From Chiloscyllium plagiosum (Eukaryota), in the NCBI RefSeq assembly GCF_004010195.1, contig NC_057718.1, positions 16,890,268 through 16,954,267 of the forward strand: a DNA stretch of 64,000 bases, written 5' to 3'. The notes under the pieces are model-generated. The model worked only from the letters and a program-made list of their open reading frames with translations. It did no database searches and was not told the origin of the DNA. Shown here one piece after another: positions 13,301 through 27,642 of this stretch. The position numbers and the translations under genes were made by a program. Numbering within the stretch: the first letter of the stretch is position 1; every line of letters starts with the position of its first letter.

Positions 13301-13489
13301 GGAGATAAAGCACAAAGAAAGATTAAACATCAGTCTTGGAGAACTAATAGTGGCTCCTGGGGCAATAGTAATCTCAGGTATCACCTGCCCTGATAGTCTC
13401 TGATACATCTGTTCCCTCAGTCGCTATTCCAGATTATCAAATCAGCCTTCTTGAGAGTGAACTCACGGAAAGCGATTTATGAGGGGGAA

Positions 13490-15568
13490 TCCCAAAATCC
13501 TGCGCAAACCAGCTGGTAGGAGTATTCACTGACCTCTTCGATCTCTCCTTCCTACAATCTGAAGTCCACACCTGTTTGAAGAAGACCACCATCATCTCGG
13601 TGCTAAAGAAAATTCATTCAGTGTGCCTCAATGACTACCACCCAGTGGCTCTGACCTCCATAATTACGAAGTGCTTCGAGAGGTGATGGCTTATGTCAAC
13701 TCTAGCCTCCCAGCCTGCCTTAACCCCTTGCAGTTCTCATTACGTCGCAACAGGTCTACAGCAGACCCCATCTACCTAGCCCTACACTCATCCCTGGAAC
13801 TTTTGGATAAAGGATATCTACATCAGGCTTCTACTTAGCAGCAATAGCTCTGCCTTCAACACTGTAACTAACCTCCAAACTGAGACTTCTGGTATGCCCT
13901 CAGCAACAGAATCCTCAACTTCCTGACCCACAGACTGCAATCAATGAGGATAGGTAACAGCACCTCTTCCACGACCATCCTCAACACTGCAAGGCTGCAT
14001 ACTCAATGCCTCACTGTACTCCCTGTGCATTTATGACTACTATTATGACACTAGGTAAACCCCTTTGCGAATTTAATCCAGCCACACAGAGAAGCTCACC
14101 TCCTGCTGCAATCTGTTAAAATTTGAGAAGAAAAGAGCTATCCTGGAGGTCACTATTTAAAGTAAATATGAACAACTTTATTCTTTAAGACCAACTGAGA
14201 ATATTAAAACCTTTTACCTCCTACTGTACAATACTAGTCCAAGTTTTATAAAAACAATAATCCCAATTTAAGATGTAAAAAACCAGTCAGCTTTGTCAAT
14301 TCTCTTTTGTAGATTCTCTCTCCAGGTCAGCCTTGATGTTCTACTGCACATTCTTCACAGACAGGTACCTTTTTAGAGAGCCCTTCAGCTGGCAGTCTAC
14401 ATTTGCTGGTCCATGGCAGTTATCCCCATAAACTGTTCAAAATGTCTGATTTTGTGCCCCAAAATATCGGATTGTTTCATTGGTTTTGATACTAGAAAAG
14501 TACTAAATTCAAATTTGATTGGATTTTGGTATCTTGGGGCATAATTTAAACTGGCCAAATTTGAATTTGTTTTTGTTTCATGGCAATCCATCTGCTCCTA
14601 TTACTTTTGACCAAGTGTTACATTGTTCAGAACTCTGTATTTTGTCAGTCTTGTTAATCTTTCAACTCTCTTAAAGGTATAGTGTACCTCTACACCTTCA
14701 TAACACTCTGACCAAATTTCATCCTAACTCTACTTACAAGCTTGCTCATGAAACTGCTGTTATAGACTGGATCTCAAACAATGACAAGGCAGAATATAGG
14801 AAAGAGAGAACGCTTGGTGGCATGGTATAAAGATAGCAATCTTTCCCTCAACGTCAGCAAAACTAAAGAGCTAGTCATTGATTTCAGATAATGACTTGAA
14901 GGGCACACTCCTATATCAATGGAGTTAAGGTGGAGATGGTCGAGAGCATCAAGTTCTTAGGATCATCAATAATCGTCCTGGACCACCCATGTTGATGCGA
15001 TGGTCAAGAAAGCAGAACAATGCCTCTATTCCCTCAGGAGGCGAAGAAAGTTCTGCATGTTCATAAGGACACTGCCAACTCTTTTTGATACACCATAGAA
15101 AATGTTCTATTCCAGATGTATTGTGGATTAGGATGGCAGCCCAGGCCCATAAGAAACTACAGAGAATTGTGAACACTGTCCAGTCCATCATGAAAGCCAA
15201 TCTTCCATCTACACTTCGGCTGCCTTCACAAGCCAGCATGACAAAGATCCCTTGGACTTGAGTTATATGTCTTCCAACCACTTCCATTTGGCAGAAAATG
15301 CACAAGATTAAACACACGTACAACTAGTTCAAGAACAGCTTCTTCCCCACTGTCATTAGACTTCTGAATGGACCGCTCAAATGGCAAACCTAATGTTGAT
15401 CTTGTTTTTTGTGTCCCTTCACTGCAGCCGTAACATTGAAATTCCTCACTCTGTTCTATCCCCTTTATGAACTGTTTGGTTTGGTATGATATGCCTGTGC
15501 TGAACACAAAACAAAACCTTTTACTGTACCTAAGTATGTGCAACAGTAACAAATCTAATCAAATCAAA
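13490..15568 (+). mobile_element. Rex1/Babar-type LINE remnant, interrupted by an insert at 14041-14705
   Basis: Decayed RT: NQLVGVFTDLF, LNDYHPVALTSIITKCFER, KFLG; homologous to 61440-63010; tail aaatctaatcaaatc. Confidence 0.8.
14041..14705. mobile_element. Probable solo LTR inserted in Rex1 RT
   Basis: Termini TATTATGA...TCATAACA (inverted, near TG..CA); the Rex1 reading resumes on both sides. Confidence 0.55.
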
Positions 15569-15650
15569 ATTATTAGTAGCTAACAATGGGTAGTGTATGG
15601 TAGCAGCTCATGTATGGGGCGAAAGCATAAGGAATGATCCTGCAGCCATG

Positions 15651-15703
15651 GTGGTTGTCGTCGTTGTGTCCTCCTCATCCTCATCATCCTCCTCATCTTC
15701 TCC
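15651..15703. repeat. Degenerate trinucleotide microsatellite (GTC/TCC/TCA)n
   Basis: gtggttgtcgtcgttgtgtcctcctcatcctcatcatcctcctcatc. Confidence 0.7.
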
Positions 15704-17127
15704 CCCAACCCAATAAAAACAGTTGCATGTAACCATTGGTTGCTCCAGCCTTCCTGTAGTCTGCCTTGTGGTCACCCATCCCCCTTTGTATCTGTTCAGT
15801 CTTTATCGTGACCGCCTCATTCTGTTGTCCAGAACAATCTTCGCATCGTGGATGTTCCACAGTAAATTTACCTGCAGCTCCAGCACCAAAAAAGTGTTAT
15901 GAGCCAGTAGCTGCATCTGAGCACGTGGACACTGGAAATGGTCATGATTTCCCACATAGTATAGAAGGAACATATCAGGGTCGTGCTGTGGTGTCATGAT
16001 GTCCATTTCAACTAAGCTTGCTAGTTACTCCCTTTAAAGAAAATTAAATTTGTGGGGACCTTATTTCACTCTAATAAGGCAAAGTTCATACATTAAGTCT
16101 TTGGAGATCATTCTTTAATTTTTAACATTGCTTCCATTATGTTATGTTTGTTACTTAATTACCTTGGCCCGACCTTTCTCAGTTAAATCCAAGTAAAGCT
16201 GCTTATTTAAATATATACTCTTTTTCCTAATTTACAGCAGTTTGTAGACTGCCCTGAACAATATGCTTGTGGTCTGAGTTTTTATTTTCTGTAATAACAT
16301 TTTGATGTAACACTTCAGGTGCTGTTTGGAAATTGCAGTACCATATATCCAAAGGTTCTCATTTTTCCACAGTCAATGTTATCTGTTCAAAGAGCTCTAA
16401 ATGATTGGCCAAACATGATGTTCCCCTTCTCAAACACTTCTTGCTTTTGCCTGAATGCAATGAACTTATCCAAGTGTCCTGCTTTAACTTGTTTAATCAT
16501 AGCTTCTGGTATTTTCCCTTGTACATGAATAGAGGGATATGGGCTAGGAGCAGGCAGGTTGAACTAAACTGTTTGGTATGGACTGGTTGGACCAAAGGTC
16601 CTGTTTTTCTGTGCTGTATGACTCTATGATTGGTGTTAGGCTAACTGACCTGGAGTTTCCCCTTTCTGAATAAAAGAATTACATTTGTATTTCAATCTAA
16701 TGGGTCCATCGCTGAGTCAATGGAGTTTTGGAAAATAAAGCTGACACCATAAGATCATAGGACATAAACCAAATGGCCTAATTCTGCTCTTATTGAGTCT
16801 GCTCTGCCATTTGATCATGGTTGATATATTTCTCAACACATTCTCCTGCCTTCTCCCCATAACCTTTGATCCCCTTCCCAATCAAGTCTTTGTCCCTGTC
16901 TTAAATAAACTCAATGATTTGGCTTCCACAGCCTTCAGTGGCAATGAGTTCTATAGATTCACTGCCCTTAGATTCCTCCTGATCTCAGTTGTAAAGTTTG
17001 TTCCTTCAGTCCAAGGCTGTGCCTTCAGATCTTGGTCTCTCATAGAGGAACATTTCCTCACTTCCACTCTATCCAGGCCCCTCTGTTCTGTAAGTTTTTT
17101 CATCAGATTCACCCCTGGGGATAATGA

Positions 17128-17790
17128 TGACTGCAGATGCTGGAGAGTCAGAGTAGATAAAGAATGTAGCTAGAAAAAGCACAGCAGTTCAAGCAGCATC
17201 GGGGTGAAGGGGAGTCTGTTTCCAATTGAAACCTTTTATCGGGGCTGGAGGAGGGGATGAGCCTGAGAAATAAAGAGGGAGAGGGCTGGGGGAAAAGTGG
17301 GTGGGATGGGTAGGTGGATGCAGGTAGGTGCTATGATTGGTCAGGGAAAGGGTGGAGTGGATATGTAGTGAGGAAGATCAACAGGTAGGCTCAGATTAAG
17401 GGGTTGGAGAGGGAAGGCTGGGCCTAAGATGAAGTAGGCCGTGAGGAGATTTGGAAGTTGGTGAATTCAATGTTAAGGCCTCATGGTCTTAAGGCAGAGA
17501 TGTGTTCTTCCTCCAGTTTGTGTGTGGCCTTGTGATGTCTACAGAGGAGGTCCACGATGGACATGCCTTCATGGTGTACGAAGGTGAGTTGAAATGGCTG
17601 GCAACTGGAAGGTGGATTGATTGAAACGTACAGACCATAAATGTTCCCTGATCTGGTTCCCAAGTTTGTGCTCGGTCTCTTCAATGTAGAGGATTCCGCA
17701 TCAGGTGCAACTCATGCAATACATTTGGGTGAGAGAAAATGCATGTGACTCTGACGGACTTGAAATGATTCTTTGGGGACTTGGACAGAG
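17128..17790 (-). mobile_element. Degraded Penelope-like element (GIY-YIG tail plus pLTR)
   Basis: Minus strand homologous to 1-520 (..HKATHKLEEEHI..); pLTR gatgctgc..gctgtgc..ccagcatctgcagtc. Confidence 0.7.
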
Positions 17791-19143
17791 ATTCACCTCC
17801 TTATCCTTTTAAACTCCCAAGTACAGACTCAGAGATCTCAGGCATTTTTTTTTTCATAAGCCCTGCATTCCCAGGATCATTCTTGTAAGCCTCTTCTGAG
17901 CCTCATCCAAAGCCAGTGCTTCCTTCCTTAGTTATGGGGGCCCAAAACTGCTCTTGATATTCAAAATGTGGTCTGACCAGAGTCTTATACAGCCTCAGCA
18001 GTACATCTCTGCTGTTTTATTTCAGCCCTCTTAAAATGAATGTTAACATCATATTTGCATTTCTAACTGCCAACTGAACCTTCGTGTTAATCTTAAGCGA
18101 GTCCTGAGCTAGAGCTTCCAAGATACTTTGTGCTTCAATTTTCCGAAGCTTTAGAAAAGAGCATTTCCTATCAACGTGCTCAACCTTCCACTTTGTCGCG
18201 TTGCATTCCATCTATACATCAACTATCGCATTGCCACTCCCTTTAAGCCCCAGGAATGAGGTTCCTCAGGATCTGGGCACTTGTCAGCCTGCCGATACAA
18301 TGATTTACTCAATACCATATCTTTGGTGATTGTAATTTTCTATCTCCCTTCAATTTCTTGATGATTTATTGTAGCTTCTGGGATGTTACTGGCATCCTTT
18401 ATAGTAAAGACTGTTGCAAAATAGTTATTAAATGTATCTACCAATTCCTTCTCCATTATCAATTGTCTGGTCTTTTGTGCACTCTCTAAGACCAGTGCTT
18501 CCTGTTAATTCTTTGTCTTTGAACATTTTTCAAAACTTTACCTATTTGTTGGACTTCTGGCTAGCTGTCTTTTGTACTTAATTTTGCCCTTTTTTGTTTT
18601 TTTTCGGTAATTTATACTGTTTTTTTACATTCTGTCCAAACTCAAGACTTGGCTTCTGTCTTTGTATAATCATATGCTTTTTCTGTTTAGTTCAATATGA
18701 TCTTTAACATTTTTGTTAACCGTGGTCTATCCCTTGGACTTTTTCTTTCTTGTTGGAATATATATATTCTGTGCATTATGAAATACACTCTTAAATATCT
18801 ACCTCTGCAGGCACTCATGTCAAATTGTTTGCATATATTGTTGCATTCAAAGGAAATGGGCCTTGAATTTGCCTCCCAAAAACAAAAGGGTCAGAAAGAA
18901 TGATAAGGTAGGCTACTGTAGTTAGCTATCAGATTGAATAGTGCTTGATATCATAGCTCAAAACGTTTTTAAATGAAAAGCTTGACCGACCTGTACTGAC
19001 TGTGTCAAACTTTTCAATTACAAATGCACATGAAGCCTCAGTTTTAGTCAGTGGGCTGTGAAAAGCTTCTAATCTCTGAAGGCTTCACGGTAGAAGAGTT
19101 GCTGAGTTTTCCAGTATTGTTAGTGAAATTCCTCCATTATGTG

Positions 19144-19456
19144 GGCAGCACGTTGGCACAGTGGTTAGCACTGCTGCCTCACAGCAACAGGAACCCAGGG
19201 TCGATTCCAGCCTCTGGCGACTGTCTCTGTGGAGTTTGCACATTCTCCCTGTGACTGCGTGGGTTTCCTCCGGGTGCTCAGGTTTCCTCCCACAATCCAA
19301 AGATGTGCAGGTTAGGTGAATTGAACATGCTAAATTGCCCGTAGTGTTGGGTGTATTAGTCAGAGGGAAATTGGGTCTGGGTGAGTTACTCTTCGGAGAG
19401 TCGGTGTGGACTTGTTGGGCCGAAGGGCCTGTTTCTACACTGCAGGGAATCTAATC
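19144..19456 (+). mobile_element. Full-length HE1-type SINE
   Basis: A box TGGCACAGTGG, B box GGGTCGATTCC, 3' gccgaagggcctgtttc..aatctaatc; ATGTG TSD at 19139/19457. Confidence 0.93.
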
Positions 19457-19985
19457 ATGTGCAGTAGATAAAAATAATCCCAGACAGTTTGTGGGCAATC
19501 AGAATTAATTCAAAAGAAACAAAGTCAAGGTTGCACTTCATGTGTCATAGGAATGCCTGTTCCTCAATATTGACTCAATAACATTGAATCAAGATCCTAG
19601 CTTCCAGAGCAGTTGAGTGGTCTGTTCCCTGTAGGTGGCCCTGTGTAATGCATATTGCATGCAAAAAAAATCTAAGTGCTTTATATTAAGGGATGCCAAG
19701 CTGGAGGGGCAAAAGGAAAAGTTAAGGTGTCACAATCAGATTTTGAGAATTTTAAGGTTATCCAGGGAAGAGGCAAAATGGATGTAAATACAGTTGATGA
19801 CCCATTAATCAATCTTTTGGCAAGTCAGTTGCAGAAATGTGGTATTTCAAGTGAAGGTAACTTAAACCAGGAACTATAAAGTTAATATAATACAATATTT
19901 TGCAATTTGAACTCAGTCCAGGGTTGGTTAGTCTTCAAAAACACACTAAATGAGAAAAAGATTCCACATGGTGGCAGTTGAATGA

Positions 19986-20183
<198 letters not shown>

Positions 20184-20386
20184 TGATTTTGACACCACTT
20201 TGCTTCACCTTGTTTTGAACTGGTTTAATTATGATATTTGTAACACAAACTGCATAAACAATTAAAAGGATTTGCAAATCTAATGCTTAAAATTGAATAG
20301 ATTCAGAGAACCGCAGTTTAAAAAAATTGTGGAGACAGCGATACAATTTAAAGTTTTAGTTCAATGATATGAGAATTGCTCATTAA

Positions 20387-21322
<936 letters not shown>

Positions 21323-21381
21323 ATACCAATTTGTTCACTGTAGCAAGAGGAGAATTACGAGTCCCAGAGGAAGCGCTGAAG
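21323..21381 (+). CDS. CEP170: CEP170 exon: (D)TNLFTVARGELRVPEEALK
   Basis: Follows the AC acceptor; AAG|gtaaga donor; 59 nt. Confidence 0.95.
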
Positions 21382-21513
21382 GTAAGACTGGTAAAGCTTG
21401 CCTGAAAGCTGCCTGTATCAAATTATATCATAGTCATCAAATTGTTATGGTGCAGAATAATGCCATTTGTTCCATTTTGTCTGCAACAGTTATGATAAAA
21501 TTATGAAATACTT

Positions 21514-21813
21514 TGCCTCACAGCACCAGAGACCCGGGTTCAATTACCGCCTCAGGCGACTGACTGTGTGGAGTTTGCACATTCTCCCCGTGTCTGCGTG
21601 GGTTTCTTCCAGGTGCTCCGGTTTCCTCCCACAATCCCAAAATGTGCAGGTTAGGTGAATTGACCATGCTAAATTGCCAATAGTGTTAGGTGAAGGGGTA
21701 AGTGTCGGGGGAGTGGGTCTGGGTTGGTTGCGCTTCGGCGGGTCGGTGTGGACTTGTTGGGCCTAAGGGCCTGTTTCCACACTGTAAGTAATCTAATCTA
21801 ATCTAATCTAATC
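21514..21813 (+). mobile_element. HE1-type SINE, 5'-truncated, ending 10 nt before a CEP170 exon
   Basis: High similarity to 48600-48899; tail of tandem ATCTA units. Confidence 0.93.
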
Positions 21814-21823
21814 TTATTTACAG

Positions 21824-21953
21824 CATGAGAAATTTACAAGCCAGTTACAGTTGCCACAGAAACTTTCAGAAGCTGAAGGATCAACAGAAGCTCCAGATAA
21901 CTCTGAGGGCAAAACTGAAGTGATGGCTCATGCAGAGGTGCATAAAACTTCAG
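21824..21953 (+). CDS. CEP170: CEP170 exon: HEKFTSQLQLPQKLSE...EVHKTS
   Basis: ttatttacag| acceptor, CAG|gtaatt donor, 130 nt, phase 0-1; HEKFTxQLQL motif. Confidence 0.93.
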
Positions 21954-22600
21954 GTAATTTGCTAAATATTTATTTAATGTTATTGAATGATCTTTATTTT
22001 TAATAATTTCATCTAAACATAATTTTTCACTTAAAAATTGCTGTATTAAAATGTGTTGAAATCATCTGTTGCATTAATATTGAAGTGTACCTTATTGAAA
22101 GGCTCTTTACGCATTTAGTTGACTGTCTTGTGTTACCACCTGTTTTTCAGGAAACACAAATCAGCGAATAAGAAAACACCTTGTAAATAATGTACTGAAA
22201 TGATAAATAGTCAAGGAATAAATTTCATTCTTTACTACTTTTGGACTCATAACTTAGGTTGCATGCATCTTTATACTTATTTCAACCATCTACAAAATTT
22301 ACTGTAGTAGAATTTTGCAAAATAATTTGGTTGAATTAAAGTTTCTTCTATCAGAAACAGCTGAATACATTATACATTACAGCATTGATGATGCTCAGAT
22401 GCTGTGTTATCAAAGCTTTAAAATTTATGCCTTATAAATCAGATTATTTTTAAATTTGCACAACAAAATATTGTACTTCTCATTCAATAAAAAAAACTTG
22501 TTCCATGTGCCGAACTTGCATAAATTGCCTAAAAACATATGTATGAAATTATTGATATCCTCGCACCTAAGTTGTACAAATATAATTGTTTGTGTATGTG

Positions 22601-22649
22601 GTATGAGTAATCAGAGGCTGTGGTTTGTGTATGAGTAATCAGAGGCTGT
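22601..22649. repeat. Direct duplication of the 21-mer GTATGAGTAATCAGAGGCTGT (period 28)
   Basis: Copies at 22601-22621 and 22629-22649. Confidence 0.9.
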
Positions 22650-23107
22650 TAAGTTTTGTCTTCTGTCTCTTTGGAGTGGCTTTGGATAATTTTTGCTTAT
22701 TTAAAGGGTAGTTTTACGTAATTTTTTTGTTTATTATACTTAATGAAATATCAATAACTATTGGTTTAGTTAGAAGGGAAGTTTAGCTGAAGGCACTGGT
22801 CAAAGCATTATGAAATACAAACTTCCAGCTTAATGACGAAAAATATAATTTGTCAAAGTCAACCCTAACTGTGTAAAACACAATTGAAAAATGTGCAGCA
22901 ACCTCTTCAAGTTTTGTCTGGATCTGTGTTTTTCCAAGCTGTTGCTGTTGTTTAGTGTCTGCATCTCTCTGGACACTCTGCAAAGTGACATTCACACTAT
23001 AGGTCTATGAACTGTGATTTATTTCATAGACTATTATCACACAGAAAGGAAATCATTCAGGCCATTGGGTCTACTCATCCCTTTCAAGGATCTGTGTAGT
23101 TATTTCC

Positions 23108-24452
23108 AGTGGTGGGCAAGTGGTTGGAGGGAATCCTGAGGGATATGGTGTACATGTATTTGTAGAGGCAAAGACTGGTTAGGGATAGTCAACATGACTT
23201 TATGCATGGGAAATCATGTCTCACAAACTTGATTGAGTCATTTGAAGAAGTAACAAAAAGGATTGATGAGGGCAGAACGGTGGATATGATTTATATGGAT
23301 TTCAGTAAGGCGTTTGACAAGGTTCCCCGTGGGAGACTGGTTAGCAAGAATAGATCTCATGGAATACAGGGAGAACTAGCCATTTGATACAGGACTGGCT
23401 CAAACGGAGAAGAGGGTGGTGGTGGTAGAGGATTGTTTTTCAAACTGGAGGCTTGTCACCAGTGGAGTGTCACAAGGATCGGTGCTGGGTACACTACTTT
23501 TCATTATTTATATAAATGATTTTAATGTGAGTATAAGAAGTATAGTTAGTAAGTTTGCAGATGACACCAAAATTGGAGGTGTAGTGGACAGCAAAGAAGC
23601 TTGCCTCAGATTGCAACGGGATCTTGATCAGATGGGCCAATGGGTTGAGGAATGGCAGATGGAATTTAATTCAGACAAGTGAGAGGTGCTGCATTTTAGG
23701 AAAGCAAATCTTAGCAGGACTTATACACGTAATGGTAAGGTCCGAGGTAGTGTTACTGCACAAAGAGACCTTGGAATGCAAGTTCATAGCTCCTTGAAAG
23801 TAGAGTTGCAGGTAGATAAGATAGTGAAAAAGGCGTTGGTATGCTTTCCTTTTATTGGTCAGAGTATTGAATACAGGAGTTGGGAGGTCATGTTGCGGCT
23901 GTATAGGACAATGGTTATGCCACTGTTGGAATACTGCATGCAGTTCTTGTCTCCTTCCTATCGGAAAGATGTTGTGAAACTTGAAAGGGTTCAGAAAAGA
24001 TTTACAAGGATGTTGCCAGGGTTGGAAGATTTGAGCTTTGGGGAGAGGCTGAACAGGCTGGGGCTGTTTTACCTGGAGCGTCAGAGGCTGAGGGGTACCT
24101 TTATGGAGGTTTACAAAAGTAGAGGGACATGGATAGGATAAACAGACAATCTTTTCCCTGGGGTGGTGGTTTAGGGTGAGAGAGGAAAGATATAAGAGAG
24201 ACCTAAGGGGCACCCTTTTCATGCAGAAAGTGGTACATGTATGGAATGAGCTGCCAGAGGAAGTGGTGGAGGCTGGTACAATTGCAATATTTAAGTGGCA
24301 TTTAGATGAGTATATGAATAGGAAGGGTTTGGAGGAATATGGGCCGGGTGCTTGCAGGTGGGACTAGATTGGATTGGGATATCTTGTTGGTGTGGACAAG
24401 TTGAACTGAAGGGTCTTTTCCATGCTGTACAACTCAATGATTCTATGACTCT
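23108..24452 (+). mobile_element. CR1/HER1 LINE 3' part (RT)
   Basis: ORFs 23202..23387, 23416..23682 (KFADDTK) and 23686..24141; tail ctatgactct. Confidence 0.95.
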
Positions 24453-24857
24453 ATTTCCACTTGTGTACTTTTGCCATATCCTTGTAAAGTTTGCTCCTTC
24501 AGTTTTGTCTTGGTTCCTTCCAGGTCACTGTATATCAGGATAGCAGCCATTCTGTTGGGCAATGCTCTCCACATTCTAACTGACCATTTGAGTAAAACCA
24601 GTTTTCTCATATTGCTTTTGGTTCTTTTGTCAGTCACCTCAAGCCTTTAGCTTCTGGTTGTCTACCCTTCTACCATTGGAAACCATTTCTCTTAATAACT
24701 GTACGTAAAATGCTCCACCTTATGCATATTTTATTTAATAATTTCAGCTGGTTTGACGATCTTTTGTAGCAAATGGTATGTTTATAAAATTGAGGTGCTC
24801 TACAATTAACTTTTAGCTTTTGTTTTCAGTTGGTCTTTGTCAAATTTTATATCCTTT

Positions 24858-25980
24858 TTAGAGTCATAGAGATGTACAGCATGGAAACAGACCCTTCGGT
24901 CCAATCCGTCCATGCCGACCAGATATCCCAACCCAATCTAGTCCCACCTGCCATGCACCCGGCCCATATCCCTCCAAACCCTTCCTATTCATATACCTAT
25001 CCAAATGCCTCTTAAATGTTGCAATTGTACCAGCCTCCACCACATTCTCTGGCAGCTCATTCCATACGCGTACCACCCTCTGCGTGAAGAAGTTGCCCCG
25101 TAGGTCTCTTTTATATCTTTCTGCTCTCCCCCTAAACCTATGCCCTCTAGTTCTGGACTCTCCAACCCCAGGGAAAAGACTTTGCCTATTTATCCAATCC
25201 TTGCCCCTCATAATTTTGTAAATCTCTATAAGGTCACCCCTCAGCCTCCGACGCTCCAGGGAAAACAGCCCCAGCCTATTCAGCCTCTCCCCGTATCTCA
25301 GATCCTCCAACCCTGGCAACATCCTTGTAAATTGTTTCTGAACCCTTTCAAGTTTCACAACATCTTTCCCATAGGAAGGAGACCAGAATTGCACGCAATA
25401 TTCCAACAGTGGCTTAACCAATGTCCTGTACAGCCGCAACATGACCTCCCAACTCCTGTACTCAATACTTTGAACAATAAAGGAAAGCTTACCAAATGCC
25501 TTCACTATCCTATCTACCTGTGACTCCACTTTCAAGGAGCTATGAACCTGCATTCCAAGATCTCTTTGTTCAGCAACACTCCCTAGGACCTTACCATTAA
25601 ATTCAAATCATTTATGTAAATGACAAAAAATAGAGGGCCTAGCACCGATCCTTGTCGCACTCCACTGGTCACAGGCCTCCAGTCTGAAAAACAAGCCTCC
25701 ACCACCACCCTCTGTCTTCTACCTTTTGAGCCAGTTTTGTATCCAAATGGCTAGTTCTCCCAGCATTCCATGAGATCTAACCTTGCTAGATCTCATGGGG
25801 AAACTTGTCGAACGCCTTACTGAAGTCCATATAAATCACAATTACTGCTCTGCCCTCATCAATCTTCTTTGTTACTTCCTTAAAAACTCAATCAAATTTA
25901 AGACATATGATTTCCCATGCACAAAGTCATGTTGACTATCCCAAATCAGTCTTTGCCTTTCCAATACATGGACATCCTTG
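24858..25980 (-). mobile_element. Young CR1/HER1 LINE 3' part with an internal deletion near 25600
   Basis: ORF 24864..25553 is an uninterrupted ORF2 C-terminus; the KFADD region is missing relative to 45390-45570. Confidence 0.95.
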
Positions 25981-26646
25981 CTTTTCTTTCGTTGATTTCC
26001 AGTTTTTTTTTTCCCACTTAAGCTTTTTGTCTCTTCTATCCTTTATTTGCTACAACTGTACTTAATTGTATAATTAGCATTAGATCCTAATTTTAACTAG
26101 CAGAATGTTTGAAGTAATGAAGATAAACTTGGTTTAAAACTGCTGCTGTAGTTGTGATCTACAGTTTCATAAATAGTCAGCTGCCGATAGCTATTTCAGC
26201 TTCTTGGCTGTAAGCAGCCTGCTGAATGATGTAATAGTTCTCAATTTGCACAAGGTGGCCAACACCGATGTGAATAGACTTCAACCAGTGTTAAATGCTT
26301 TAAAATATATCACAAGCTCAAATATCAGCTTCTGTGATTGGACTGTGAATTTTGTGTCATAGGAGATTTGTACTACTATAGTAAGCATAAAGCAGCCCTC
26401 ATGAAAGCTGAATGAATACAAATTTAGTAAATATAGCTTTAAACTTATGAGTTTATTTACAAAGAGTATCAGCACAAAAGGAAAGTGTGCTTTTTATGGT
26501 TCAAGCTGAATGTTCTTTCAATTAAGTTCATCAAATTACTTTTCAGCAAGTTTATTAAATTATTTACATTCAGGTCTGCACTTTGTTGATAGACATGGTA
26601 CGTGACAACTAATGCTCCTTGGGTTTCCATTTTTCCTGACATCCAG

Positions 26647-26808
26647 TAGACATATCTGTTATACCTATGGCCCGTGGAACCCCTTTATATGGACAGCCTG
26701 CTTGGTGGGGTGAAGATGATGCAGATGATGAAAATTCAAGCAAACAAGATCCCAAGCCTGGGAATGTGAAGATGGAAAGCAGTGCTACAGGAGGTGAGAG
26801 CCCAAGTG
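26647..26808 (+). CDS. CEP170: CEP170 exon: (V)DISVIPMARGTPLYGQPAWWGEDD...; alternative start 26650, alternative end 26793
   Basis: CAG|TAG| tandem acceptor; two phase-1 donors, G|gtgaga (26794) and G|gtgagt (26809). Confidence 0.9.
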
Positions 26809-27237
26809 GTGAGTCTCTGCAGTATTAATTTGTCAGCAGCTAATGTATAGACTACAATGGTAAAACCTATATTTCAGTTGCTTTTACAAAAGAAATGCTA
26901 TTCGATTCGGAGGAGGGTGTATTTTCCTGTCCCTTCTCGTTATTGTTAAACACGGTATGTTATTGTTAAACATCGGAAAATATTTTTGCTTGTTTTCCTT
27001 TTAGAAGTGTTGGTTTCCATTGGAACTTCCTATTTGAAATAGGAAGTTCACATGGAGAATTACTAGTGTCAAACTGTAATGAATGCAACATGTTACCAGG
27101 TTAATTTGCTATATTATTATGAAAGCTTCCAATTGATGCACCAAAACTGATTTTAAACTAAGTTCCATTAATATAAACCAGAATTTAGATGCTTTTTTGG
27201 TATTTGTTTTTGCTTTTAGAGAATTGTCAAGAAATTA

Positions 27238-27642
27238 GGGGCAGCACGGTGGCTCAGTAGTTAGCACTGCCTCCAAGCACCAGGGATCAGAGTTCGATTC
27301 CTACCTCTGGTGACTGTGAAGAGTTCGCACATTCTCCCTGCGCCTGTGTGGGTTTCCTCTGGGTGCTCCAGTTTCCTCCTACAATGAGGTGTGCAGGCTA
27401 GGTGAATTGGCTATGCTAAATGGTCCATAATGTTCAGGTATGTGTAGAACATAGAACATTACAGTGCAGTACAGGCCCTTTGGCCCTCAATGATCAATCT
27501 GAAGCCCATCTAACCCATCTAGGTTAGGTGCTTGGTCAGGGGTAAATGTAGAGTAATAGAGAAATGGATCTGGGTAGGTTACTCTTCGGAGGATCAGTGT
27601 GGACTTGTTAGGCCAAATAGCCTGTTTTGCACTAAGGCTTCT
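27238..27642 (+). mobile_element. HE1-type SINE with a nested short inverted CR1-tail fragment (about 27445-27520)
   Basis: A box TGGCTCAGTAG, B box GTTCGATTCC; internal tagaacatagaacattacag. Confidence 0.85.

Noticed and set aside
19144..19215. tRNA-like A/B boxes as tRNA genes
   Set aside because: They are SINE heads continuing into the SINE body; no complete cloverleaf
22151..22182. Candidate micro-exon after tgtttttcag
   Set aside because: No donor giving a phase 1-1 exon; no similarity to CEP170
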